A stretch of 64,000 nucleotides of DNA from Octopus sinensis (taxonomy: Eukaryota). The notes under the pieces were generated by a model. It was not told the DNA's origin and did no database searches. It saw only the letters and a list, made by a program, of their open reading frames with translations. Shown piece by piece: positions 49,456-61,682 of the stretch. The first letter of the stretch is position 1, and each line of letters opens with the position of its first letter. The stretch lies in NCBI RefSeq assembly GCF_006345805.1, contig NC_043006.1, positions 31,496,001-31,560,000 of the forward strand. Reading direction: 5' to 3'. A program made the translations under genes and the position numbers.

Positions 49456-49953
49456 GGTAATCTGTTGTCTCCGCCGTCCTCAAACAATAGCGTTCGTAAA
49501 AATTTTTTTTCTCGTTTGGCTTAACAGCCCTTCTTGTTTGTGTTACTGTTATTCTCTGTCCTGTCTTTTACTGTTTATATTTTGTACTGTCGTTACTGTC
49601 CTGTTTTTGTTACCATTTTTACCCCTCCGCAAAAAAATCTCAAATTTTATTCAATTTGATTTTCGCGAGAAGGAAAATTTCATTGAAGTCATGTATCGCC
49701 TTGACCTTCGAAACGTGGAGTAGATGAAATTAAGGCGACTGAAGAAGGGGAATTTTCCTTGTTTTGTATGTTCTGTACTCTATTTTTTCGTTGTTTTAAA
49801 AAAATGTCCATTTCCTTGGTTTTGTGTTTATGTTTTCGTTTCTCATTGTGTCCGACGTTTTTTGGTGTCCTGTACCCATATATGCATGTATATATACATG
49901 TAGAGGTAGGTACGTACATATATGTATGTATATATGCATATGTTTTATTTATT

Positions 49954-49975
<22 letters not shown>
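49450..49975 (+). mobile_element. Ribozyme-bearing repeat family 2
   Basis: Reverse-complement match to 7320-7760; ends GTCCTGTACCCATATATGCATG then (TA)n. Confidence 0.75.
49669..49750 (+). ncRNA. Intact rearranged (non-circularly permuted) hammerhead motif
   Basis: GAAGG(49669-73) pairs CCTTC(49705-09); TCATGT(49689-94) pairs ACGTGG(49713-18); GTA| site at 49693-95; TCGCCTT(49696-702) pairs AAGGCGA(49732-38); GAAA at 49710-13; CTGAAGA at 49739-45. Confidence 0.75.
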
Positions 49976-49986
<11 letters not shown>

Positions 49987-50194
49987 CATATATATAAAGA
50001 GAGAGATAGAAGTTGAAGTTCATTTGAAATCTTTAAGATGGTATATTTTAAAGGTTTAACCGATTTCATAGATTTTTCTGATTTTCAAAAGTTAAGTAAC
50101 ATAGAAATGCGTGGGACTATGCCACAGCTGTCTTTCTTCTGACTGGCATGATCCCCATTGAAGACAAAATATATAAATTTAAATCAGGACTGAT

Positions 50195-50510
50195 TTTTAC
50201 TATATAAATGTCGTTTTACCTGCTCGTCAAAAAATTTGTCATTAAAACTTAAGGATGTAACGAGAATTACATAGGTCAAACAAAGCTTGCTTTCAAAAAT
50301 AGACTGACAATTCATCGTCAATAAGTACGAGACCCTAGTACTAGGCAGATTCCATTGACTAGGGACATAGACATATGTGGAAAAAATATGTACCCCAGAT
50401 TGTTAGTCTTCCCACTTGACCTTTGTTCAGTCAAAACCACAGACCAAGTATGAATTAAGAAAGACAAACCAAGACTGTACAAACACATTCTGCCGCTTGA
50501 CATGTTGATT
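50195..50510 (+). mobile_element. Penelope-like element GIY-YIG endonuclease remnant
   Basis: FTCSSKNL.. then CNENYIGQTKLAFKNRLTIHRQ*VRDPSTRQIPL..IDICG (YIGQT motif). Confidence 0.75.
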
Positions 50511-50629
50511 TTACACAGTCAACAACTTAAACTTTGAACATAATCATGATTTTTTTCTTATATAAGATACCAATGCAACGTATGGAACTTACAAAATATT
50601 TCTAAGCCTAACCACGTGATCAACTTCTT

Positions 50630-50870
50630 ATTTCTTTATTTCCCACAGGGAGCTAAACATAGAGGGGACAAACAAGGACAGACAAAGGGATTAAGTCGAT
50701 TAGATCGACCTCAGTGCGTAACTGGTACTTAATTTATCGACCCCGAAAGGATGAAAGGCAAAGTCGACCTCGGCGGAATTTGAACTCAGAACGTAGCGGC
50801 AGACGAAATACCGCTAAGTATTTCGCCCGGCGCGCTAACGAGTCTGCCAACTCGCCACCTTCATCGTATT
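50630..50870 (-). mobile_element. SINE family A (long-tail, near consensus)
   Basis: Full head to tail on minus; a decayed plus copy lies at about 50930-51088. Confidence 0.9.
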
Positions 50871-51418
50871 CAACTTCTGCCATTCACATTGTATCCTAAA
50901 CTGATGCTAATTTGAAGCATGTTTAAAGTAGAGAGCTGGCGAAATCGTTGGCATGCTGGTCGAAAAGCTTAGCTGCATTTCGTCCGCCTTTACGTTGTGA
51001 GTTCAAATTCCACCGACACTTGAAGTACTGGGGTCGATGAATTCGACTTAGCCCGAAATTGCGGGCCTTGTGCCAGAATTTGAAATCAATTTGTGTCATG
51101 CTCTCTATAAAAACAGGAGAATTTTCAAACTCCAGTCAGAAGCAAGTCAGTTGCAGCAGAGTCCCACATCTTTCTATCCAAACTTTTGGAAAAACATATA
51201 ATATAATATAATGTAGCTTCATATAATATGGTATGTGGAAATATATATATATATGTGCGTGTGTGTGTGTGTGTATGCGCGCGTGTGTGTGTGTGTATGC
51301 GCGCGTGTGTGTGTATTTATAAATAGATAGATATATGTGTGTGTGTGTATATATGTATATAATATATATGTATGTTTGTATGTATGTATATATTTATGTA
51401 TGTATGTATGTGTGTATT

Positions 51419-51458
<40 letters not shown>

Positions 51459-51684
51459 CATACATACCCTCTCACGTTTTTCTCTCTCTTATTCTTTTAC
51501 CTCCTTTTCTCCCACTATTCTATCCTATTACTCTGTCACTCTCTCTTCTTCACTCCCCCCCCTTGCTCACGTGGCTCCAACGTGACCATCGGCCATCTTT
51601 CTTTCTGTCTCTCCGTTGTAGCTGGAACAAAGAAGACGTATTCTTGTTTATCTCCTGTCCTAGCTTGATTTAACAACAACCTCG

Positions 51685-52000
51685 TTTAGGCTTAGCAGCC
51701 CTTCCTGTTTGTTTTCACTGTCCTGTTTGTGTTACCAATTTTGACCCTCCGCAAAATCCCAAATTTTCTTTCATTTGCTTTACAGGAGGAATTGTTTTAT
51801 CGAACGCGTATCTTGTTAAATGCTCGAAATACGAGAGTAAAAAACAACCAGCAACTGATGCTGGGTCGTTCTTTATGTTGTTTATCTTATTTTCCATTTG
51901 TTTCCTTCGTTGTTGGAAAAAGATTGTTTATATTCCATGTACTCGAACTATTTTTTGTTGTACACGTTTCGTGACGTCCTGTGCCCACATATGCATATAT
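51685..52000 (+). mobile_element. Ribozyme-bearing repeat family 3 (another partial copy at 60835-61015, minus)
   Basis: Shares its upstream block with family 2 (TTACCAATTTTGACCCTCCGCAAAA) and ends GACGTCCTGTGCCCACATATGCAT. Confidence 0.65.
51786..51866 (+). ncRNA. Rearranged hammerhead motif (family 3), core A9 mutated
   Basis: CGTATC|TTGTT..GCTC-GAAA-TACG...AGCAA-CTGATGC; stem III CGTAT/ATACG perfect. Confidence 0.45.
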
Positions 52001-52093
52001 ATATACGTATAGATGTAAGCATGTACATATACGTATGTATATTTGCATATATATATTATTATATATATATTATTATATATATATATATAATAT

Positions 52094-52150
<57 letters not shown>

Positions 52151-52814
52151 CATATAAATATATGCATACACATACATACATACATATGATCTGTCACATG
52201 TGCAAGATATAGTTCAAAATATATAAAATGTTGATATATTTACAAAACTATTACTACTTGAAGCGTGAGATCTTAGGTTTCGGGAAAGCGTGCATTCGTT
52301 GGCGAAGCAGAAAGATTTTAAAAGACTGGCAAATCTATTTTGTTCACTTAGAAGTGTTTAAGTTACAAAACGACGTGAAGTGTGGATGTGAAGTTCACTG
52401 GTTAGCGAAGGAATGAGAACGATAAAATTAGATTGCACTCACCTCAATCTACATTAAAGTGCTCGACCGTGATTGGAAACGCTTACACACACGCACGCAT
52501 ACAGATCACGCATTTACTCACATACACGCATTATATAACATGTAATACTAGATATGTGATACTATATTGTATATTATATATATATATATTTATATATGTT
52601 TTATTTATATTCTTTATAATATTAATGTAGAATATAGAATATATAGTATAATAATATATATAGTATATATAGTGAAATGAAATGAAGTATTGATTGTCTT
52701 ATTGAATAAATGAAATATTGAATATCAAATATTAAGGGACTAGTATACTTTCTTGCATTTAAGCAGTCTTCAAGGTCCCAGGTTGTGACAGGAATGTTTC
52801 AACTATATATATAT

Positions 52815-52907
<93 letters not shown>

Positions 52908-52936
52908 AAAAAGGAGATGTGGAACACGAGTTGTGA

Positions 52937-53280
52937 TATATAAAAAAAGGAAATGAAGAAAATGCTGACAAAATAATTTAAGTAAGGGAGAGTGTATTTA
53001 ATTAGGTGAAAGTTCTTTTTACCGGTTGCGCATTTGTTATGCTTATCAAAAGATATTTTTTTAAGAGAGATAGAGTTCCTTTCTGATAGATTTTTTTCTC
53101 TTATCTGAGAAAAGATAAGAGAAAAAAATCTATCAGAAAGGAACACTATCTCTCTTAAAAATATATATTTTGATAAGCATAACAAATGCGCAACTGGTAA
53201 AAAGAACTTTCACGTAATTAAATACACTCTCCCATACTTAAATTATTTTGTCAGCATTTTCTTCATTTCCTTTTTATATA
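52937..53280. repeat. Near-perfect palindrome of about 340 bp with a 6-nt loop, flanked by (TA)n
   Basis: 52937-53106 is the reverse complement of 53113-53280 with only scattered mismatches. Confidence 0.9.
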
Positions 53281-53315
53281 TATATATATATATATGTATA
53301 TGTATGTATGCATGT

Positions 53316-53386
<71 letters not shown>

Positions 53387-53939
53387 ATTTGCACACACTT
53401 GTATACATACGAGTGCACCCGCAAACACACGTACGCGCACACATTACACATCCCCTAGTTCAGCCCGTAGGTTGCAGCCATACTGGAGCACCATCTAACC
53501 ATGCAATTACTACTATTTCTATAACCTTTCTTCACTTGTAGAGTTTTAATGAATGAGGCAGTTCGATGCTTCTGCCTTATTTTGCCATCTTTGTCAAGAC
53601 GTTAATTCATTTAGGAATTCGGATTATAGAATATTCTGGGGGTTCTTTGATAGACTGAGGTCCATTCAATGTAGATATGTTCTGTGTGAGAACCGACATG
53701 CCAAAGAACAGAACCCAGCTTTTCCTCTGCCTCTTGTAAAGGGCGACTGAAAGGGGTTGGGGCAAGATTTGCACTCCGACCGCATAAAACCCTCTATCTC
53801 AACGACTACCCAGAAAAACAGGCCCATGAACTGGCTGATTGTCGCCTGAATGGTACAAAGGCATCATCCGCCGGGAATAGGGGATCACCAACAAATGGTG
53901 GATGCAACAACGCGCTGTTACAGCGCATACCCTCCCCCA

Positions 53940-54022
53940 CACTACTACTAATAATAATAGTTGTAGTATTAGTATTATTATTATTATTATTATTATTATA
54001 TTATTATTATTATTATTATTAT

Positions 54023-54075
<53 letters not shown>

Positions 54076-54186
54076 CCTATGGTTACTACTAGTAACCCGC
54101 TATCATAATTCCTACCAGGAATAAGGCTGTATAAGGATGTACCTGAGCTTAACCAAAATAATGACAATAACATCAACAACAACAAT

Positions 54187-54255
<69 letters not shown>
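53940..54255. repeat. (ACT)/(AAT)/(ATT)/(GTA)/(CAA) trinucleotide cluster
   Basis: Read directly from sequence. Confidence 0.9.
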
Positions 54256-54257
<2 letters not shown>

Positions 54258-54258
<1 letters not shown>

Positions 54259-54415
54259 GATTTTTGCAAGTGTGATGGTAGAACACCTACAAAAATCAGC
54301 ATTGCTTGGAACTGCAAGAATTCTTCGCAGGGTTCTTGAAGCATAACCAGTAAACAAGTGTCACCGCTTTCCATCATACCCAGCAAAATAAGCTGTGCGT
54401 TTTCATATAATAATA
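54258..54415 (+). mobile_element. R4/Dong-clade LINE 3' end
   Basis: VEHLQKSALLGTARILRRVLEA*, short UTR, (TAA)n tail. Confidence 0.8.
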
Positions 54416-54423
54416 ATAATGGA

Positions 54424-54720
54424 ATTAAAGACTGGACCAAAATGATTTAAAGAAAATTGACAGAAAAACTAGAAAGTTGTTGACAATGTATGGAACCCAT
54501 CATCCGAAAGCTGATACCAACCGGCTGTACTTGAGGTGAGACCAGGGTGGAAGAGGCTTAATAGCAGTACAGATGGAAAGAAAAGGCCTAGTAGAGTATT
54601 TACAGACCAGCACAGAAAATCTACTAAAGATAGTTAATAAAGAACACGTGATCAAGCGCGTATTAGGAGAAAAGGACAAGAGTGAAATCAAAGAAAGCAC
54701 GTCAGACAGATTGAAGTTGC
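54424..54720 (+). mobile_element. R4/Dong-clade LINE RT C-terminal fragment
   Basis: DWTKNDLKKIDRKTRKLLTMYGTHHPKADTNRLYLR*DQGGRGL. Confidence 0.85.
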
Positions 54721-54763
54721 TTACTTATCGATGCATCAATCCCGTTATATTCCAAGATCGTAA

Positions 54764-54998
54764 TGAAGACGGCGAGCTGGCAGAAACGTTAGCACGCCGG
54801 GCGAAATGCTTAGCGGTATTTCGTCGGTCGTTACATTCTGAGTTCAAATTCGCCGAGGTCGACTTTGCCTTTCATCCTTTCGGGGTCGATAAATAAAGTA
54901 CTCGTTTCGCACTGGGGTCGATGTCATCGACTTGATCCCTTTAACTGTCCTTGTTTGTCCCCCTCTATGTTTAGCCCCTTGTGGGCGGTAAAGAAAAA
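54764..54998 (+). mobile_element. Young SINE family A copy with an 18-bp target-site duplication
   Basis: TATATTCCAAGATCGTAA at 54746-54763 and 54999-55016. Confidence 0.92.
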
Positions 54999-55054
54999 TA
55001 TATTCCAAGATCGTAAAGAAAGAGGACGAATAGAAAAATATAATCCCTTTAAAA

Positions 55055-55350
55055 TTTGAAATAGGAAGAATTTGGAGCATAAGAACAGTAAAGGCCGTGC
55101 CTATGATAATTGGTGCGTTGGTAACAGTAAGCCAAGATATAGACAAATGGCTGAAGGGGATTGGAATAGAACACATGGTAGAACTCCTACAGAGAGTTTG
55201 TCTGTTAGGGAAAGCAAGGATAATCAGGAGGGATCTAAGCACCAGAAAGACAACTGAAAACTTGTGGATATCTACGGTTACAGGTGGCAACTCGCTGCCC
55301 ACATAAATCCTACCACAAATAAGACCGAAACTTAACCAAACCAAAATAAT
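55055..55350 (+). mobile_element. R4/Dong-clade LINE 3' end (second subfamily)
   Basis: WSIRTVKAVPMIIGALVTV..KWLKGIGI..ELLQRVCLLGKARIIRR, then UTR and (AAT)n. Confidence 0.8.
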
Positions 55351-56929
55351 AATAATGATTTCATTTATTTGCCACCAGGGTGAAAGACGGGGGGAACAGT
55401 ACAAAGACAGGCGTAAAGTGTGGAGGTTGACATATAATAAAATGATAAAATAATTAAATAAGTCACGAAAAACGAAAATAGTAAGTATAAATGGTATACA
55501 ATGAAAAGGAAGGGAAATATACGTAGTGTACAAAGGTTTAAAAAAAAACAGTTATAACTAATATTTCTAACATTCAAATAATTATTTCTTGAACAAATCA
55601 TAATTTTAATAACGCTCAAATAAATCCTGCCAAAAATTAAACGAGGCATAATGAATAATTAATTTTTTATCATCCATCATTAGATGTAATGTTTTGAATA
55701 GGATTTAAATGTAATTCCTGCTTTTAGTTTTGTTGTTAATAACATATAAGATTAATGAATACGAAGAAATGAAGCTGCTTTATTGACGGGATTTAACTTC
55801 ACCCTGTATTTGGGGTGGATCTAGGGTAGGGTTTACTTCCAATTAAGATTCTTTTCAATAGTTAGCCTGTAACTTAGTCCCAGATCGGATCTGCTTGAGG
55901 AAACCAACGATGAAAAGCATTTCTGCTGCGGCTATCCCATCTAATTTTTATACTGACATAGTTCACCCTGGACTAGATTATTCAATGTGCCCTTCTATTT
56001 TTAAGACGGTGGAGTGTTTTTAAAGGAAGATTTGACTACTTCATTAAGCTGGCAGAATGACTACAAATATACCTCCTGGTTAGCTAACGAGTAGCCCGGG
56101 TCTTGTTCGATCATAAACTGTCTAAAAATGGTTTTCTACTTTATTATCTGGGCTACAATTAATTAAAATTTCTTAGCAAACTACATCAAAAATGTTAGCA
56201 ACTAATTTACTATAAGTGTTAATGCAGCAGGCGTCCCTGGGTATTTCTTTATCCTCCTCAGTTATTTCATTTTAGTATTATATACACACGCACATACATA
56301 CACACACACACATATATATATATATGTATGTATGTGTGTGTATGTATGTGTATATATATATATATACATATATATATAATGTATGTATACGTATATATAT
56401 CTATATATGCAGATATATGTATATATGTATGTATATATATATATATGTATATGCATAGATAGATAGATATATATACATGTATGTATACATATGTATATAG
56501 ATATATACATATATATATAGACAGATATATACACCCATATATATATATATATATATATACACCTGTGTGTATATGTCTGTATGTTCGTGTATACATATGT
56601 ACGTATATGTTTAAAGCAATGAATAGAGAAGGTTTTAATGAACAATTAATCTAGCCCTGGCGTCATGAAGTTCACCATGTCGTATCCAGCATGGTAAGCT
56701 GATGGGAATCGGATTACATAAAGCAGCCAGGAGGAATTGTTGTTGCTGTTGCTGTTGTTGTTGTTGTTTTGCCACGCAGATCAGGTCTCATAGAACCGAT
56801 GTAGGATCAAAAGCATTCAACTTATGACCATTCAGTATACATTCACAGATATGCACACACACACAGACACACACACACACACGCGCACACACTCACACAT
56901 TCTCTCACACATGCACACATACATCACTT

Positions 56930-57320
56930 TTTACTTGTTTTAGTCGTTAGACTGCGGCCATTCTGCAGCACTACCTTTGATGAATTTTTAGAGGAACGAA
57001 TCAATCTTACTTTTTTGAAGCTCGGTAGCTATTCTACCGGTCCCTTTTGCTGAACGGCTAAGTTATGTGGACGCAAACACAACAACACCGGTTGTAAAGC
57101 GGTGGCATGGGAAAACATACACGCGCGCGCACGCACACACTCACTCGCACACACATATATAAACGACGGGCTACTTTCAGTTTCCATTTTCCAAATCCAC
57201 TCGAAAGGTTTTGGTCGCCCTGAGGCTACAATAGAAGAACTTTTTCCCAATGTATCACGAACTGGGACTGAACCTGGAAGCATGTGGTTGGGAAGCAAGC
57301 TTCGTACCACACAACCACGG
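56930..57320 (-). mobile_element. SINE family B
   Basis: Head at about 57260-57320, internal (CA) tract, tail GACTGCGGCCAT. Confidence 0.8.
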
Positions 57321-57789
57321 AATTTACACCACATAGCACCACAAAGCGTTGTAATCTGAAGTTTTATCAAATCATTCAATGAAACCAAGTTTTCTGGAAC
57401 AACATTTCTCAACTGATCGAGTTGAACTAAGTGACAAAGGACAGTTCCATTTCGAGTGGAAAACATCTAATTTGAAACGTGTGTGATTAGATCAGAGTCA
57501 GTAAATGTATCAACAAGACGAAGATCCTTATTTGATTGCCTTGACAATTGTAAAAATACAAACTCACACAAGAGCTGAAATTGTGATCTTACCTTGTCAC
57601 CGATTTATTGTTGATGGCATTTTAAGAGGAAATGCTGCAAAGATACCGAACCAAATTTTCTGTTACAATCATATGATACCTTTCGCTATCTGATATGTCA
57701 GATGATATTAAACATTAATTTCGGAAATCAAAGAGGTTCCCTAAGATATTCTGACTGTCTCTTGCTCAGTTGTTTGTATATGCAGGTTA

Positions 57790-58960
57790 TAAATAGGGTT
57801 AAGATTTTCAAAGAAGAATTCTTGTATTGTGAACCTTTGAAAAGAACAATGAAAAGTGGGTCCTTTGTCAAAGAAGGTTTTTCTTGCAAACCACGGTCGG
57901 CGGTATTACAACAGATGGAGCTCCTACAATGCTAAGTTTCTTAACAAGAAACAATTTCTTAACAAGAGTGCCAAATGCTAAACTTGATATAATACAGATT
58001 CTCTGTATGATACACATGTATGTATTATGTGTGTTGACACTAACTTCAGCTCTCAGATCAGGTCTCGATTGTGGTAAAGACATGATAAACATTGCGAAAT
58101 CTAATCCTCTGAAGACAAGGATACTGCGTTTGTTGTGTCAAGGATTAAATACTGAAGATGAGGCACTTTTGTCTAATACAGACTTAAGATGAATTTCAGG
58201 AAGAGATACGATAATTCAAGTTGCAGTGATAAAAGATGAAGTGGGGAAAATTCTTTTCAAGAAATTCAAAGGCTAAATCAATCAAGTTTGCAAATAAACT
58301 TTCTCTCGACTAATCAAAGGCAAAATTAATCTTTTCAATGATGCCTTTTTGTTTTCTTTGACTCGACTCAATGCCACCAATTAAGGTATTTTAAGGTAAC
58401 GTAGGATCGATTCGAGACTTCGCCAATAAATTACAACTTGAGCTGCGGAATGAAGAAATGAAGGTGGATCATTTGGAGGTTTTTGAGAAAATTAGAGAAA
58501 GCTTTCCACCGTTTGAGACAGAAGACATCAATCACGTCAGTGTGTTAACCCAGAAGCATTTTGTTTCGCAACGTGAGGAATTAAATTCCTATTTTCCTTT
58601 CCAGAGATTAAGAAATTGGATGATCTACTCTTTCGAAATCCATTTAGAATTAATCCCGGCTCAGTTCCAGACAATCTGCCAGCAGAATTTATGGAATTTA
58701 TATATGATTCAACGGCAAACTCTTTTTTTTTCTTCTTTTTGAAACCATTTTTCTTATAAAATTGAAGACCCAGCTGCCCGACTGTTGCTATAAAATGTAT
58801 TGAGACTTTTATGCTGCTCTCATCGACTTCCCATAATTGTTTATAACCAAGATCAATTTTCATGTAAAAATTGACAATTAAGAATAACAAGTGAGGATAA
58901 CCTTTGAACCTGTCTCCACAATGGCGAGAAACAGCCAACCGTGTCCAACTGATTGATAAT
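57790..58960 (+). mobile_element. hAT (Buster/Charlie; ZBED8/GTF2IRD2-like) transposase pseudogene
   Basis: GITTDGAPTM, CMIH (CxxH), KSNPLKTRILRLLC, ..TDLR*ISG (VRWLS region) and downstream frameshifted segments. Confidence 0.8.
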
Positions 58961-59139
58961 GCAATGTTAAATTAAATGAAAATTATTTCTTACATACTTT
59001 TCATTAAAACTGCTGGTACAAGGCTAGCAGTTTTAATGAAGGAAAATGTCGATTTTATCGACCCCAGTACTTGATTGCTACATGATTGCTATCGACCCCA
59101 TGAATTCGAACGATTTGAATCAAATTAGTTTAATGACTA

Positions 59140-59500
59140 ATGTTAATGTCTGTTGTCGCTATCCAAAGATTTGACAATATGGTTTTGAGGTTCCACATTT
59201 GCTCAGTTTTTGGTAGGTCTTGACAGATACATTTATATCGATTGGGACAGTCATATCGATGAGGAGGCATATTTTTTGTCTGAAATCCTTCAATTTAGTG
59301 TCTGACCTATTTGCATATATCCTTCTGTCATTACTATATATCATTACTAACTACTACAACTACGACTACTATAATTATTATTGTTCCAGAGGAGTGAGAT
59401 GTGACCATTTTCAAGCACTGGAGGTGCTTTGTGTTCTCACCAGTTTTATCATGGAGCAGGTCCAGGTTTTTGCAAATTGCCCAGTGAATATACTGTGCTG
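59140..59500 (-). mobile_element. R4/Dong-clade LINE restriction-like endonuclease fragment
   Basis: AQYIHWAICK.. and DRRIYANRSD..KDFRQKICLLIDMTVPIDINVSVKTYQKLSK (PD-(D/E)xK region); adjacent (TAT)/(TAC) tracts. Confidence 0.85.
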
Positions 59501-59559
59501 CTATTATCATTATTGTTGTTGTTATACATTATATATCATTATTAAGGATGTTGTTGCTG

Positions 59560-59591
<32 letters not shown>

Positions 59592-59826
59592 TATCATTAT
59601 TATCATTACTAACTACTACAACTACGACTACTACAATCATTATTGTTATCATTATTATTGTTGTTATTGTTAGTATTAATGATGATAATTTCAAAGGTAA
59701 TCATGTTGTTTTAATTGCTACGTTTTATTTCTACATATTGTTATTAGCTGTTGTTGAAGATAATATAAACCTTTCTTATTAACGAGTCTTACCCTTATCA
59801 AAGAGATGATGATAATAAGGATTTAG

Positions 59827-59887
<61 letters not shown>

Positions 59888-60351
59888 ACAAACAGATGGC
59901 CGAAAGAAAACATTCTTCATTTTCTAAATATGTCGACAGATTAAAAATCCATATGGTTACGTGTACACAGAGGCAGGCACATGTACACACGCACACGCGC
60001 TCACACACACTCACACACGCAGTTCTCCGTAGATACATAGATACATGCATATATACATACACATTCATATAATGCTGCACACACACATATATATATGTAT
60101 ATGTTGATATATATATATATGTATATGTTGATATATATATATATATATATATACATACATACACATATACATATATATATATATATTGTTATGTATATAC
60201 ATATATACAGTTATGTAAATATGTATATATTTATATGTATATATATATACATACATATATATATATATATATATAGGGTAAAACTAACTTGGAAGAGGAT
60301 GCGTGGCGTTCAATCATATAATAATATAAATTATATATATATATATATATA

Positions 60352-60549
60352 TATTACATTATATAAAAGGGCTTAGTAAAATAAATTACTTTGCCGCATG
60401 CGTGAGTTGAATTGAGCAAACACTATATGAGAGAGGTTTTCTTTAAGTATTAGAAATAGTTTAAAAAAAGTTTTTTAGCTGCTATTTCTAATGAGTTCAG
60501 TATGCGGCAAAGTAATTTATTTTACTAAGCCCTTTTATATAATGTAATA
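60352..60549. mobile_element. 198-bp element bounded by perfect 48-bp inverted repeats
   Basis: TATTACATTATATAAAAGGGCTTAGTAAAATAAATTACTTTGCCGCAT (60352-60399) and its exact reverse complement (60502-60549). Confidence 0.7.
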
Positions 60550-60635
60550 ATTTGAATTCGCCTTAAATGGTCCCTTTGCATACTGAATACTTGGTGAAAT
60601 TGATTAATTAATTAATTTTACCCTCAATTGTTGAA

Positions 60636-60669
<34 letters not shown>

Positions 60670-60694
60670 TATATATACATACATATATATATAT

Positions 60695-60785
<91 letters not shown>

Positions 60786-61015
60786 CATATATACATATTA
60801 GAGGAAAACCACTAAGTGGACCCCTTTAAATTTATTTATATATATTTATACACATGTGGGCACAGGACGTCATGAAATGTGTACAACAAAAAATTCGAAG
60901 TACGAGTATATGGAATATGAACTATTTTTTTCGAACAACGAAAGACACAAATGGAAAACAAGACAAACAACAGAAAGAACGACCCTTCCTTAGTTGTTGG
61001 CTGTTTGTATGCTCT

Positions 61016-61084
<69 letters not shown>

Positions 61085-61339
61085 ACAGACAGACAGATAG
61101 ACAGAGATATGTGTGTGTGCATGTGCGTTTGTTTGTGAGTTTGTGTGTCTGTATGTGTGTGTGTGTGTGTGTGTGTAGAAAAAGAAAAGGAAAATATAGA
61201 AATCTTCTAACCATGCATAAAATTTTAGAAAATCCTTTATCTTTCAGCCGCAAAAAACTATCCTCAGAAGAAAGCAGTTCAAGAAAAAAAAATTAAACTC
61301 TATTTACGATGATATTGTGTGTGGGTTCTTTTATTATTT

Positions 61340-61352
61340 TCTCTCTCTCTCT

Positions 61353-61401
<49 letters not shown>

Positions 61402-61416
61402 TCTCCTCTTCTCTCT

Positions 61417-61456
<40 letters not shown>

Positions 61457-61564
61457 ACTCCTTCCATCTTAGGATGGGTTTTGAGCCAGGAAGATAAAGG
61501 ATTTATAAAGTTTTCTGCATTTGTTAGCAGCTTTTTATACTCTCCCTTTCTCTCTCTCTCTTTT

Positions 61565-61627
<63 letters not shown>

Positions 61628-61629
61628 CC

Positions 61630-61676
<47 letters not shown>

Positions 61677-61680
61677 GACA
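61340..61680. repeat. (CT)n/(CA)n/(TA)n microsatellites
   Basis: Read directly from sequence. Confidence 0.9.
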
Positions 61681-61682
61681 TA

